Below are positions 26,266 to 36,047 of a DNA stretch of 64,000 bases, one piece after another; position 1 is the first letter of the stretch, and each line of letters opens with the position of its first letter. A program made the position numbers and the translations under genes. The notes beneath the pieces were generated by a model. The model saw nothing but the letters and a program-made list of their open reading frames with translations, ran no database searches and was not told where the DNA came from. Source of the stretch: an uncultured Gammaproteobacteria bacterium (GTDB lineage: Bacteria; Patescibacteriota; Microgenomatia; JAMCZE01); NCBI GenBank assembly GCA_964641255.1, contig CAZXMM010000001.1, positions 745,890 to 809,889 on the forward strand, in the 5' to 3' direction.

Positions 26266-27224
26266 ACGCCAAAAGAGTAGACATAATTATCGTCACCCAC
26301 AATAACTGGCAATATACCCGAGCGTTGTTAAACAGTCTACGACAATACACTGATACCCCCTACCGAGTCATCTGTATCGATAACGCTTCCTCCGACCAAA
26401 CGGGTGAAGAAGTAAAAAGGTACGGCGAGGTGCAATTTTTTCCCCAGGAAACCAATCTGGGCTACGCTAAAGCGGTCAACAAAGGAGTAGAACAAGTTGC
26501 TAGCGAAAATTTCATTCTTCTTAATAATGATACGGTGGTCTCACCCCACTGGCTTAGTGACTGGCTAAGGATCTTTAAGGCGAATCCTCAATATTGGCAG
26601 CTATCTACTAACTCAAATTGCATCATTGATGTAAAAGACGAATTCAGGGGAGTGAGCCATGATAAATGGCAAGAGTATAAAAAGCTCAACACGACAAAAT
26701 CTCCCGAGCAACTCATTAGCGGCTTTTACCCAAAGTACGCTGAATTTTGTCAGGAGCTGAAAAACAAATGGCAAGATACGATCGAAACAATCGAAGCACC
26801 CAAAGGTTTTCTTGGTGGCTGGGCACTTCTAATGAAAGCGGGGGTAATTCCAAAAATTGGTGGCTATCTCTATGACGAACGGTTTCCCTACGGATTTTAT
26901 GAAGACGTGGATTTGTCCTGGCGGATTGGACTGGCGGGAGGGAAAGTAGGGATTGCCAGAGGGGTGTATATCCACCATTTCATCAATACCACCTTTGATT
27001 CTGTGGGCCTAAAAAAGCAACTGTTAGCTAGGCATAACAAATGGCGCTTTATTGATAAGTGGGAAGAGTACCTCATTAAAGAGTATAGGGACCAGTCAGA
27101 GGGAGACATCGATAAACTTAAAGAGCTGCTGGAAACAGACCCGGGACAACAGTCAATTGTAGAGTATCTAGGGATGAAAAGGATTCTAGATATTGAAAGT
27201 TATGACAAAACTGAGTCCAACTAA
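26262..27224 (+). CDS. Family 2 glycosyltransferase
   Basis: IIIVTHNNWQYTRALLNSL...VICIDNASSD...NLGYAKAVN is a GT-A fold with a DxD-type region. Confidence 0.8.
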   Translation: MNAKRVDIIIVTHNNWQYTRALLNSLRQYTDTPYRVICIDNASSDQTGEEVKRYGEVQFFPQETNLGYAKAVNKGVEQVASENFILLNNDTVVSPHWLSDWLRIFKANPQYWQLSTNSNCIIDVKDEFRGVSHDKWQEYKKLNTTKSPEQLISGFYPKYAEFCQELKNKWQDTIETIEAPKGFLGGWALLMKAGVIPKIGGYLYDERFPYGFYEDVDLSWRIGLAGGKVGIARGVYIHHFINTTFDSVGLKKQLLARHNKWRFIDKWEEYLIKEYRDQSEGDIDKLKELLETDPGQQSIVEYLGMKRILDIESYDKTESN

Positions 27225-27432
27225 AATTAACAAAGCCCAAGTTGCTTTTTAGTAGCAGTAACGATGAGACCCCACCGGCAGAGGTTAGGGAAATATATGA
27301 CCAACCACCAGATCCCAAAATGCTTTATGAGCTAAAGTCGGACCATAACTACCGCTATTTCCCCCAAGTGGTCAGAGAGGTAAATATTGTCACGGGGAAA
27401 TTTTTAGATACCTATTTTAGTAGGACTACCCA

Positions 27433-28158
27433 ATGACTACTCCGTACCAGCGGGCTACCGATCCACGACAATATGATAGAGACGATACCGGCTGGCAAGA
27501 ATCATTTAAGGGGCTGGATTCGCCTACCCGGGCTCACTTTTGGGACTTTATAAAACCGACAGACTCACAATGGAAAGGAAAGAGGTTACTTGATATTGGA
27601 GCGGGGACAGGGTGGCTTTTGGTTGAAGCTTTAAGAGAAGGCGCTTCAGCAGCCATTGGAATTGATCCTTCAGAAAAGAATGTTTTAGCTGCGAAAGAAC
27701 TCTACCCCAACGTTGAAGTAATTAAAACGACATTGGAGGAGTATCGATCGAATGTGCCCTTTGACATAATAACTGCGGTTTTTTGTCTTTCTCACATAGC
27801 TGATATCGATTACGGGTTTAAAAAGATTGCTGAGCTAATGCGTCGGGGTGGAGAATTTTTAGCGATAGTTCCAGATCCCGACTATAACCGAAGGGCGAGA
27901 AATGAGTACGAAATTGAGTATCAAGAACTTAACGACCAAGAATATGTTTCTAAGGTAAAAAGGGCGCACGGTACGATAGCCGATATTATTAGAACTATAA
28001 AACGGTACAAAACCGCAGGAAGCAAAGCAGGATTAAAACTGATAAAAGACACTCCCATGAGACCGACTGAAACACTGATGCAAAAAGAGCCAAAGTACCG
28101 TTTAGTAAAAGATATGGCCATGACCCACCTGTTGGAATTTAGAAACCCGCACCAATAG
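27433..28158 (+). CDS. Class I SAM-dependent methyltransferase
   Basis: Motif I LLDIGAGTGWL. Confidence 0.75.
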   Translation: MTTPYQRATDPRQYDRDDTGWQESFKGLDSPTRAHFWDFIKPTDSQWKGKRLLDIGAGTGWLLVEALREGASAAIGIDPSEKNVLAAKELYPNVEVIKTTLEEYRSNVPFDIITAVFCLSHIADIDYGFKKIAELMRRGGEFLAIVPDPDYNRRARNEYEIEYQELNDQEYVSKVKRAHGTIADIIRTIKRYKTAGSKAGLKLIKDTPMRPTETLMQKEPKYRLVKDMAMTHLLEFRNPHQ

Positions 28159-28260
28159 TCAGCTCGGGGCGCCTAACGACTTTTCGCACTGATCCTTAGA
28201 TGCAAGATAGCCAGCAAGGGAGAGTCCCGCCACCCCTGCTCCTACAATTAAAACCTTCAT
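28159..28260 (-). pseudogene. Truncated remnant of an FAD/NAD(P)-binding (Rossmann) oxidoreductase: MKVLIVGAGVAGLSLAGYLASKDQCEKSLGAPS*
   Basis: 33-aa ORF with a textbook GxGxxG dinucleotide-binding N-terminus that terminates after 33 codons. Wedged between the methyltransferase and recG. Confidence 0.35.
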
Positions 28261-28272
28261 CGTAACTAGTAT

Positions 28273-30324
28273 ATGCAATATAATGCCATAATGCCTCTAG
28301 AAAAATTGGCCCTTAACACTTCTATCTCTAAAGTGCCTCTGATTGGGCCAGCTTATGCTAGGCGCATGGAAAATCTGGAGATTAGAACGGTTTCGGATCT
28401 GCTTTATCATTTACCCTCCCGCTTCGACGACTTCTCACTGCTAGCAAAAGCCAATAGCTTGCAAGAAGGGGAAACCGTTACTATTTTTGGAACTGTCCTC
28501 TCGATTAAAAACATCTTTACCCGTAACGGCTTTATGCTGCAACAGGCCGAAGTGGAAGATGATAGTGGCACTTGTGAGGTGATGTGGTTTAACCAGCGCT
28601 TTATTACTAGTGTCATTAAGAGGGGAGATAGAGTCAGTTTGTCTGGCAAGGTCGGCCGCAGTAGTAAGTCTAAGGTTCAGCTGCAAAACCCAGCTTTTGA
28701 AGTCCTCCATCCCGGCCAAAAACCCATTCATACCGGACGGCTCGTTCCCATCTATCCAGAAACCCAAGGCATTAGTAGTAAGTGGCTCAGAAGTCGGATT
28801 AATAAAGTGCTCGAACTCATTACTTCTGGCAATTTGGAAATTAAGGAGTTTTTAGATACTGACGTCTTGCAAGAGAACCATCTCATGGGTCTACAAGAGG
28901 CGCTTTTTCAAGTCCATTTTCCTGATTCACTGGAAAGAGCAGCCAAAGCCAAAGAACGTCTGGCCTTTAATGAACTGCTGCTGTCTCAACTCGAGTCTAA
29001 GCGGCGCCGTCAGGATTGGCAAAAACAAACCGTGGGGAGTATCTTTAAAATTATCGAATTCAAAGAAAAGCTTGACAGCTTTGTAACCAGTCTGCCTTTT
29101 GAACTGACTGGGGCCCAGCAAAAAGTAATTAGTGAAATCTTTAGCGATCTGGGTAAAAACACTCCCATGAATCGACTCCTGCAAGGAGATGTAGGTTCTG
29201 GAAAAACCGTGGTGGCTGCTCTTGGAATGCTTGTCGCCAAGTTAAATGGTTTTCAATCAGTGCTGATGGCGCCAACCGAAATCCTCGCGCAGCAACACTA
29301 CTTAACTCTGACTCAACTCTTTAAACCCCTAGGTCTGGGTGTGGGTATTGCGACCGGTTCACTAAAAGACTTTGAGAACTACGATATTATTGTGGGGACT
29401 CACGCCTTGTTATCAGACAAGATCAGCTATAAAAAACTCGGATTTATTGTTATTGACGAACAACATAGATTTGGAGTGGGACAGAGGTCACTTTTGGCTC
29501 AGAAGGGGACTAACCCGCATATTTTAACCATGACTGCCACTCCCATTCCCCGAACTGTCGCTCTCACGCTCTACGGCGATTTGGATCTCTCGGTCTTAAA
29601 TGAAATGCCCAAAAATCGGTTACCAATTACCACGTGGGTGGTGCCCCGAGAAAAACGCGACAAGGCTTATGAGTGGATTGTAAGCCAAAAAACCCAAGCC
29701 TTTATCGTCTGTCCCCTTATTGAGCAGTCAGAAGCTGAAACTCTGCAAAGTGTTAAGTCCGTCAAAAAGGAATACGAGCGCCTCTTGGAAATCTTTCCCC
29801 AAATGAAACTGGGACTACTGCACGGCCAAATGAGCGCCAAAGAGAAGGATAAAGTGCTAACAAACTTTAAAGTTGGCAAATTAGATATCCTAGTCACCAC
29901 CCCAGTTGTCGAGGTGGGTATCGATATACCTGGGGCCACCATCATGATGATTGAAGCGGCCGACCGTTTTGGTCTGGCTCAACTCCACCAGTTGCGGGGC
30001 CGCGTCGGTCGGGGGGGGAGAAAATCTTATTGCCTGCTCTTTACGGAAAATCCTGCCCCGGCCGCTACTGCCCGGCTGAAATTTATGGAACGCCTCACTG
30101 ATGGAATGGCCCTGGCGGAAGCAGACCTGCGTTTCCGTGGCCCGGGCCAGCGTTTTGGCCAGGCTCAACACGGCCGGTGGAATTTAAAAATCGCCACCTT
30201 TGACGATTTAGCTCTAGTGGAAAAAACTAACGTTTTGTCCCAAAAAGTGTTGGCCAGTCCAGAGCTATTTCCACTCTTGCACAATAGAGTCACAGAAAAT
30301 ACAATACTTATAGCTCAAAACTAA
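28273..30324 (+). CDS. recG: ATP-dependent DNA helicase RecG
   Basis: Wedge/OB N-terminus, Walker A GDVGSGKTVVA, DEQHRFG, QLRGRVGRG. Confidence 0.9.
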   Translation: MQYNAIMPLEKLALNTSISKVPLIGPAYARRMENLEIRTVSDLLYHLPSRFDDFSLLAKANSLQEGETVTIFGTVLSIKNIFTRNGFMLQQAEVEDDSGTCEVMWFNQRFITSVIKRGDRVSLSGKVGRSSKSKVQLQNPAFEVLHPGQKPIHTGRLVPIYPETQGISSKWLRSRINKVLELITSGNLEIKEFLDTDVLQENHLMGLQEALFQVHFPDSLERAAKAKERLAFNELLLSQLESKRRRQDWQKQTVGSIFKIIEFKEKLDSFVTSLPFELTGAQQKVISEIFSDLGKNTPMNRLLQGDVGSGKTVVAALGMLVAKLNGFQSVLMAPTEILAQQHYLTLTQLFKPLGLGVGIATGSLKDFENYDIIVGTHALLSDKISYKKLGFIVIDEQHRFGVGQRSLLAQKGTNPHILTMTATPIPRTVALTLYGDLDLSVLNEMPKNRLPITTWVVPREKRDKAYEWIVSQKTQAFIVCPLIEQSEAETLQSVKSVKKEYERLLEIFPQMKLGLLHGQMSAKEKDKVLTNFKVGKLDILVTTPVVEVGIDIPGATIMMIEAADRFGLAQLHQLRGRVGRGGRKSYCLLFTENPAPAATARLKFMERLTDGMALAEADLRFRGPGQRFGQAQHGRWNLKIATFDDLALVEKTNVLSQKVLASPELFPLLHNRVTENTILIAQN

Positions 30325-30335
30325 GTTCTAACTCT

Positions 30336-30536
30336 ATGACACCACTACCAAAACGCCGACTTTCAACGCGCCGCCAGGGGGATAGAAGATCCCACTTTAA
30401 GCTGTCTTTGGTGGATACCCAGCTTTGTAGCAATTGTAAAAAACCCAGTCTTAGCCACAAAGTCTGTGCTTCCTGCGGCTTTTATAAAGGCAAGCTCGTT
30501 AAGCCCCTTAAAGTCAAAAAAGCAGTCAAGAAATAA
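30336..30536 (+). CDS. rpmF: 50S ribosomal protein L32 (zinc-ribbon form)
   Basis: KRRLSTRRQGDRRSHFKL...CSNC...CASCGFYKG. Confidence 0.85.
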   Translation: MTPLPKRRLSTRRQGDRRSHFKLSLVDTQLCSNCKKPSLSHKVCASCGFYKGKLVKPLKVKKAVKK

Positions 30537-31132
30537 TGAAAACCGCCCTTGATCCCCGGCATCAAAAACGCCAGAAGGTAGTCCAAGAATTGTTTGCGTT
30601 TGACGCTCAAAACAAATCCCAGGCACCCCATACCCCACCAGTAGCAGACCTGACCGATACCGCCCAAAAAATTATTGCCAAGCTGGATTTTTTAGATAAG
30701 CTGATCAGTAAAAACGCTCCCGAACGAGAGATTAACCAAATCAACCAGATTGACCTGGCTATCTTAAGAGTGGCAGTCTTTGAAATCACTTTCGACCGTA
30801 GTGCCCCCACTAAAGCTATAATTGACGAAGCGGTGGAAATTGCCAAGGAATTTGGCAGCGAAAGTAGCCCCCAGTTTGTCAATGGAGTCCTGGGCCAGGT
30901 CTTTAGTGACCCGGACCGTCTTAGATCTATAATAGGAGCTAAACTGGGAGTCGAGGAAGAAAAACTAACGGCGGAAACACTTTTACAGGCGGACCTTAAC
31001 ATTTCCCCCCTAGAAGTAGCGGATTTGCTAGCTCTTTTAGAACGAGAGTTAGGTCTCACTCTTCCTACCACCACCCAGTGTCACACCGTCGGAGATATTT
31101 TTGAGGCCATTGAGGAGGCTAAAGCCGAATGA
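30536..31132 (+). CDS. nusB: Transcription antitermination factor NusB fused to a C-terminal acyl-carrier-protein-like domain
   Basis: NusB core IDLAILRVAVFEI...AIIDEAVEIAKEFGSESSPQFVNGVLGQV. C-terminal 70 aa IIGAKLGVEEEKLTAETLLQADLNISPLEVADLLALLERELGLTL...TVGDIFEAIEEA parallels ACP (IIGEQLGV...LGADSLDTVELVMALEEEF...TVQAAIDYI), with a Ser at the DSL position. Confidence 0.8.
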   Translation: MKTALDPRHQKRQKVVQELFAFDAQNKSQAPHTPPVADLTDTAQKIIAKLDFLDKLISKNAPEREINQINQIDLAILRVAVFEITFDRSAPTKAIIDEAVEIAKEFGSESSPQFVNGVLGQVFSDPDRLRSIIGAKLGVEEEKLTAETLLQADLNISPLEVADLLALLERELGLTLPTTTQCHTVGDIFEAIEEAKAE

Positions 31133-31827
31133 ATATCACTGACCCCTCTCCCTTAGAAAAAATCTTGACCATCAACTTTAGCGATAAGGGCTTACTAACA
31201 GAAGCTTTGACCCATCGCTCTTATCTAAATGAACACCCAACGACTCCATCTTCCAATGAGCGACTGGAATTTCTGGGCGACAGCGTGCTCTCAATTCTCG
31301 TCTCCACCGAACTTTATAAGCTCTACCCCACTTATCCCGAGGGTAAGCTCACAGCTCTGCGCTCCAGCCTGGTTCGGGCTAAAACCTTGGCTGAATTGGC
31401 AGACACCCTCACGCTCGGGGATTTTTTGTTACTGTCCCGAGGCGAAGAAAAGGGTGGGGGGAGAAAGAACGGCGCCATTTTAGCCGATACTTTTGAGGCC
31501 GTCCTGGGCGCCGTCTACCTAGATCAGGGCTTGGCTGCTGCTAAAAAAGTGCTTGCTCGCTATCTTTTCCCCCGGATTGAGGAGCAAAACAACCGACTGG
31601 GCAGTTTGGACTACAAAAGTAGTTTGCAGGAATTTACTCAAGAACAGAGTCACCAGTCACCGACCTATAAAGTGCTCGCCGAAAGTGGCCCGGATCACGC
31701 TAAACATTTTAGCGTTGGCGTATTTTTGGCCACCACCGAACTGGCCCGGGGAGAGGGCAAAAGTAAACAAGAAGCGGAACAAGATGCTGCCCGGCTCGCC
31801 CTTGAGAAGAGTGGTAAGTTAGGATAA
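31129..31827 (+). CDS. rnc: Ribonuclease III
   Basis: ERLEFLGDSVLSILVS signature and C-terminal dsRBD. ATGA overlap with nusB. Confidence 0.9.
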   Translation: MNITDPSPLEKILTINFSDKGLLTEALTHRSYLNEHPTTPSSNERLEFLGDSVLSILVSTELYKLYPTYPEGKLTALRSSLVRAKTLAELADTLTLGDFLLLSRGEEKGGGRKNGAILADTFEAVLGAVYLDQGLAAAKKVLARYLFPRIEEQNNRLGSLDYKSSLQEFTQEQSHQSPTYKVLAESGPDHAKHFSVGVFLATTELARGEGKSKQEAEQDAARLALEKSGKLG

Positions 31828-31837
31828 AATAGCACCT

Positions 31838-32071
31838 ATGGCAGTGAAACTTAGATTGTCCCGAGTCGGCAAACGCAACCACGCACTCTATCGCCTCATC
31901 GTGATCGATGAGCACAAAAAGCGTGATGGTCGGGCCATTGAAATCGTTGGCACTTACGATCCCCACCAAAACACTAACAAATTAACCTGTAAAAAGGACC
32001 GCGTTGATTACTGGCTGTCAGTTGGGGCCAGACCAACAGAAACAGTAGCCCAACTACTTAAATCACTATGA
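31838..32071 (+). CDS. rpsP: 30S ribosomal protein S16
   Basis: MAVKLRLSRVGKRNHALYRLIVIDEHKKRDGRAIE. Confidence 0.9.
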   Translation: MAVKLRLSRVGKRNHALYRLIVIDEHKKRDGRAIEIVGTYDPHQNTNKLTCKKDRVDYWLSVGARPTETVAQLLKSL

Positions 32072-32316
32072 CAGCTGTCGACTTTGTCACTTTCCTTTGT
32101 CAAAATCTAGTTGATAAACCCGAGGCGGTAGTAGTCAGCGCTGAAGAATTGGCAGGAATGACGACAATCCACATCACGGTTGATCAAAGCGATATGGGCA
32201 AGATAATTGGCAAAGAGGGACGTATTATCCATAGCATTCGCGATTTAACCAGGCTCCTGGGAACTAAGCAGCAACTAAACTTAAACGTGGTCTTAACCGA
32301 TAAGCCAAATCCTTAA
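32068..32316 (+). CDS. KH-domain RNA-binding protein (YlqC/UPF0109-like)
   Basis: GKIIGKEGRIIHSIRDL is a KH GxxG loop. Conserved position after rpsP. Confidence 0.8.
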   Translation: MTAVDFVTFLCQNLVDKPEAVVVSAEELAGMTTIHITVDQSDMGKIIGKEGRIIHSIRDLTRLLGTKQQLNLNVVLTDKPNP

Positions 32317-33020
32317 GGCACAAAGATATCCTCGGCACCTAGCTCGCTAATTTTAGCTTCCTGATCCGCAGTAAGTGGTGCTAGCTGACCCCAAACGATT
32401 TCTTTAGCAACTGCTGGCTGATAATAGATTCGCAGCGTAATTTCACCGTTCCAAAGAGTGTCGTTTTGGGGAGTCAGATTAACCGCTTCCACTCCGATTA
32501 GCTGGCTGGTTTTAGGTAAACTGCTCAAAAAAGTGGTGAGTTGACTCCGAGTCCCACTGACAGCCAAAGTTGCCGGAGTAGCTTCTACCCCAAGTGGCAA
32601 GTGGGTAATCGACAAAGTTTCAGTCACCGGTGCCAATTGACCTGCCACGGTCGATATTGTGCCTGGAGAAAATTCTAAGTGGTCTACCCGCACCCCAGCT
32701 TGATTGGCCAGAGTAGTAATTCCGGTGATGACTCCGGAAACTTTTTTTTCATCGGGTAGAGCAGCGGCTACCTTGGCATAGTCACTTGCAATTTTTTGAC
32801 TGTCTCCCGCCGCTCCTGACAAAAAATCCAAATCCTCCTGTTGGGCGGCTACTTCTGCGGTTAACTGATTTAACCGGTCGTTTTGGGCAAGAAGCTCCCG
32901 CACCAACTGGGGAGCAAACAGCGCTACTCCAATTATTTCTACTCCTATCAGGAGCACACTTCCAAAAAGTAGAGCGAATCTTTTGAGTAGACTCTTAGCA
33001 TCAAGAGTACCTTTTTTCAT
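32313..33020 (-). CDS. pilO: Type IV pilus assembly protein PilO-like
   Basis: N-terminal TM helix plus coiled coil. Terminal gene of the pilM-pilN-pilO unit with 4-nt overlaps. Confidence 0.6.
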   Translation of the reverse strand: MKKGTLDAKSLLKRFALLFGSVLLIGVEIIGVALFAPQLVRELLAQNDRLNQLTAEVAAQQEDLDFLSGAAGDSQKIASDYAKVAAALPDEKKVSGVITGITTLANQAGVRVDHLEFSPGTISTVAGQLAPVTETLSITHLPLGVEATPATLAVSGTRSQLTTFLSSLPKTSQLIGVEAVNLTPQNDTLWNGEITLRIYYQPAVAKEIVWGQLAPLTADQEAKISELGAEDIFVP

Positions 33021-33565
33021 AGATCAAGATCTTTGTAACTGGCACTAAGGTTCAAACTAAATTGTCGATTATTGCTGCCCTGCAGTCCCTCGACCACAAT
33101 TTTCCCCAGAGCGGGAACGGCACTAGGATCTCCCAACTTGGCTAGCAGCGCTTCGGTATCTGTAGGATTACTAAGAACCAGTGACGCCCGCACGCTCGAA
33201 CCATTCGGCCAATCCATCGCCTTAATGCTTTCCGGACTAACAGGCAAGGAAAAAATGAATTCGGCGCGTTTGCCAAAATCCAGCTGTCGCGGACGCACTA
33301 CTTCAATAGCCGCTAGCTTGGCTTGAGTGGCTAGTAGCATCTTCGCCTCCGGTTCTTTTTCAGCTAATGCTTCTAAAACCCTTCGTTGCTGTGCTTCCTT
33401 AGCCGTGAGGGCAGTCCTAATTTGTCTTTGCCAAAAGACTAGTCCCAAAAAAAAACCGACTACTACTACTGTAAGTATGGCCCCAAAAATAATGAGGACT
33501 CTTTGCAGTTGCCTCTCCTTTTGGGAGAGCACTGTTTTTTGGGGGAGAAGATTGATTTCGATCAT
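33017..33565 (-). CDS. pilN: Type IV pilus assembly protein PilN
   Basis: MIEINLLPQK start, single TM helix, position after pilM. Confidence 0.75.
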   Translation of the reverse strand: MIEINLLPQKTVLSQKERQLQRVLIIFGAILTVVVVGFFLGLVFWQRQIRTALTAKEAQQRRVLEALAEKEPEAKMLLATQAKLAAIEVVRPRQLDFGKRAEFIFSLPVSPESIKAMDWPNGSSVRASLVLSNPTDTEALLAKLGDPSAVPALGKIVVEGLQGSNNRQFSLNLSASYKDLDL

Positions 33566-34599
33566 AGTTGTTTTTGCGCTAGTCCCACCGCAGTAGTGTA
33601 GAGAGAGGCGTGTTCTAAGAGATTAGTTTTTTGGACATCGGTTAGTAAAATTCCACTAAAGGGGTTAGCAATTTGGATTTCTTGACCGAATTTATCACTG
33701 ATGTATTGCACTAGTCCCGGTAACAGTGCTCCACCGCCGGAAAACACTACCCGTTTTACCTGGTCAGCTGTGTTGACATGATGAGAATCGTAAAAGGCAA
33801 GGGCTTTTTGCATCTCACTGATGGTCATATCAACAATTGGTCTGAGACTGGCTAGGATTTTGCCCTCCAGTTTACTAGGATCTAGGCCGTAAGTTTTTTT
33901 GTATTCCTCAGCTTGGGCTAATTCCAACCCAAGTTCCGTAGCCACTGCTCGACTCATCGCCACCCCCCCAGTGCCAATGGTGTGGACAAACATAAAGTCG
34001 CCGTTTTTTAGAACCAGTAACGAGGTAGCTTGGGCACCAATATGAACTAGCAGAGTAATGGGTGAGTTCTCCTCAAAACCGACGATCGACCGGGCAACTG
34101 AAAAAGCTTCGGTTTCGATACCAATTACTTCCAGGCCCGCGCCGGCAGCCAGACCCATATATTCATTAACAACACTGTTGGGCGCGGCCACTAGCAGTAC
34201 TTCCATTTTTGAATCCGGTGAGTTGATAGCTGGGGTCGCTATTACCTGATGGCGAAGAACCACATCACTTAACGGTAGAGAAATATACTGTTCTGCTTGC
34301 CACTTGATCGCCGCTGCTAAATCTCCGGCTTCCAGATAAGGCATCTCTACGACCCGGGTATCGACCTGGGCCTCGGGCAGAGAGATAGTGACGTCTTTAC
34401 AGTTAAACCCTCCATCCTTAAGCAGCTGCTTAATGGCGTCATTTATTAAGCCTTGACGCTCTTGGGTCGTCTCACTAACTGGCGTGGTCACGACCGCCGC
34501 CTCCAACAGTTTAAATTTGCCCGGCGCCGTTGACTCAAGTTGCACCGCTTTAATAAAAGCGCTGCCAATATCGAGACCTAGGTGTCTTTGAAATTTCAT
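33562..34599 (-). CDS. pilM: Type IV pilus assembly ATPase-like protein PilM (actin fold)
   Basis: LGLDIGSAFIKAVQL and a second actin-fold half; 345 aa. Confidence 0.85.
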   Translation of the reverse strand: MKFQRHLGLDIGSAFIKAVQLESTAPGKFKLLEAAVVTTPVSETTQERQGLINDAIKQLLKDGGFNCKDVTISLPEAQVDTRVVEMPYLEAGDLAAAIKWQAEQYISLPLSDVVLRHQVIATPAINSPDSKMEVLLVAAPNSVVNEYMGLAAGAGLEVIGIETEAFSVARSIVGFEENSPITLLVHIGAQATSLLVLKNGDFMFVHTIGTGGVAMSRAVATELGLELAQAEEYKKTYGLDPSKLEGKILASLRPIVDMTISEMQKALAFYDSHHVNTADQVKRVVFSGGGALLPGLVQYISDKFGQEIQIANPFSGILLTDVQKTNLLEHASLYTTAVGLAQKQL

Positions 34600-34603
34600 A
34601 GTG

Positions 34604-35440
34604 TTACAGACTGCCTCCGGAAAAAATCACATTATCAAAAAAGGCCGGTAGAGCTGTAGGACTTTGCACCGCCTGCAACCGCTTAACCGTATTATTAGTC
34701 GTGGTGGCGGTCGCCTCAATCACTATCGTTTGAGTACTAAGAGCGGTACTACCACTAGGGTTACGGCCACACACAGCTACATTAACGCTAGTAACTGTTG
34801 CGTCACCCAAGGGCTTAACTCGAATTAGAAGGGGAGTAGGACTCGTCCCAATGGCTACATTCTGGGCACAAGAGGTCATGCCCGAAACATTACAGATAAC
34901 GCTGGCACAACTGCTGGCGGCTACCGCATTATGAGCGGCTAATGTATTGGCTGGAGTCGACCCCGACAACCCTTTGGCCACTCGTCTAGTCAGCTGATTA
35001 GCGGCGTTAAGTGAGATTATTTCTAGGGAAGCGTTATTGTCGTTCCACAAAACATCGACGGCAGAGATGCCCGCTGGATTACCCGTAGGCAGCGTCACCT
35101 GAAAAACATCGTCTTTGGCTAAAGAGGTCATTAGAGCATAATTTTGACTGGCCGGACAGATTAGGTAAGTGAGACTCTGGATACCATCAATCGGACTAGC
35201 CACCAAATCAAAACTCGTGGGGGTAGCGCAGCGAATAGTGCCATTTTGCACATAATCAGCTATGGCCGCCGACAAAGCCGCCTCGGCCGCGGCATACGCG
35301 CGAACACCCGAATCAACATAGCTAACTTGACGTAAGTCAGACAGGGTGCGTGACGCTGCTGACAGACCGACGGTAAGGCCCAATAGTCCTAAAAGTAGGG
35401 CTAGAACCGTGATCTGACCAGAACGTAGGCAGTTGCGCAT
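34604..35440 (-). CDS. PilX-like / pilus-associated protein with N-terminal hydrophobic segment
   Basis: N-terminus QITVLALLLGLLGLTVGLSAASRTL resembles PilX_N. Sits in the pilin operon. Confidence 0.45.
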   Translation of the reverse strand: MRNCLRSGQITVLALLLGLLGLTVGLSAASRTLSDLRQVSYVDSGVRAYAAAEAALSAAIADYVQNGTIRCATPTSFDLVASPIDGIQSLTYLICPASQNYALMTSLAKDDVFQVTLPTGNPAGISAVDVLWNDNNASLEIISLNAANQLTRRVAKGLSGSTPANTLAAHNAVAASSCASVICNVSGMTSCAQNVAIGTSPTPLLIRVKPLGDATVTSVNVAVCGRNPSGSTALSTQTIVIEATATTTNNTVKRLQAVQSPTALPAFFDNVIFSGGSL

Positions 35441-35489
35441 GGTTCCATTATGGAGAGTTCTGAGTACTTTGGCAAGATTAGGCTTACGC

Positions 35490-36044
35490 CTAATATTGTC
35501 TGGGGGTGATCGTGTCAGTTAAAACAATCCGGCCACACTGATCAGCTCTCGATACTCCAATTTTTTGTTGGACTGTCAACACCACGGTAATTGCACCAGA
35601 AGTCAAATCTCTAGTCACTTGCGCACCTGAGGTAGTACAAGAAGTTCCACAAGCGCCGCTGGGACAATCGAGGACTGAAACGCCCGATGAGGATAATTGC
35701 TCCGTTGGAGTACATACTCCGCCAGAAGCCTGTCCCCAAAGAACAATACCGTCTGTTCCAAAGCGATAACAGTCCAGAGGATTGGTACAGTTTGCCGCTT
35801 GGTAAGTAGTGACCGTGATCCCAGGAGAGACCGTCTGACTACCAACTGAGGTAGCACAAGCACTAGTGCGAATTGAATCCCGAAAACGCTGCAAAATAAT
35901 GCTGGCATTTTGCCGCACTTCACCACGCACTGCGGCTTGATTACTATTCTGAATCACCTGGAGAAAAAAAGTCGTCCCTGCTAGCATCAAAATACCAAAT
36001 ACCGCAAGGACAATGACCAGTTCGACTAAGGTAAAGCCTTTCAT
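35490..36044 (-). CDS. Type IV pilin-like protein (minor pilin / pseudopilin)
   Basis: Prepilin leader and cleavage motif MKGFTLVELVIVLAVFGIL. Confidence 0.7.
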   Translation of the reverse strand: MKGFTLVELVIVLAVFGILMLAGTTFFLQVIQNSNQAAVRGEVRQNASIILQRFRDSIRTSACATSVGSQTVSPGITVTTYQAANCTNPLDCYRFGTDGIVLWGQASGGVCTPTEQLSSSGVSVLDCPSGACGTSCTTSGAQVTRDLTSGAITVVLTVQQKIGVSRADQCGRIVLTDTITPRQY

Positions 36045-36047
36045 TGA

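Noticed and set aside
35615-35926. 103-aa minus-strand ORF inside the pilin-like gene 35490-36044
   Set aside because: Alternate frame of a supported pilin ORF with no motifs.
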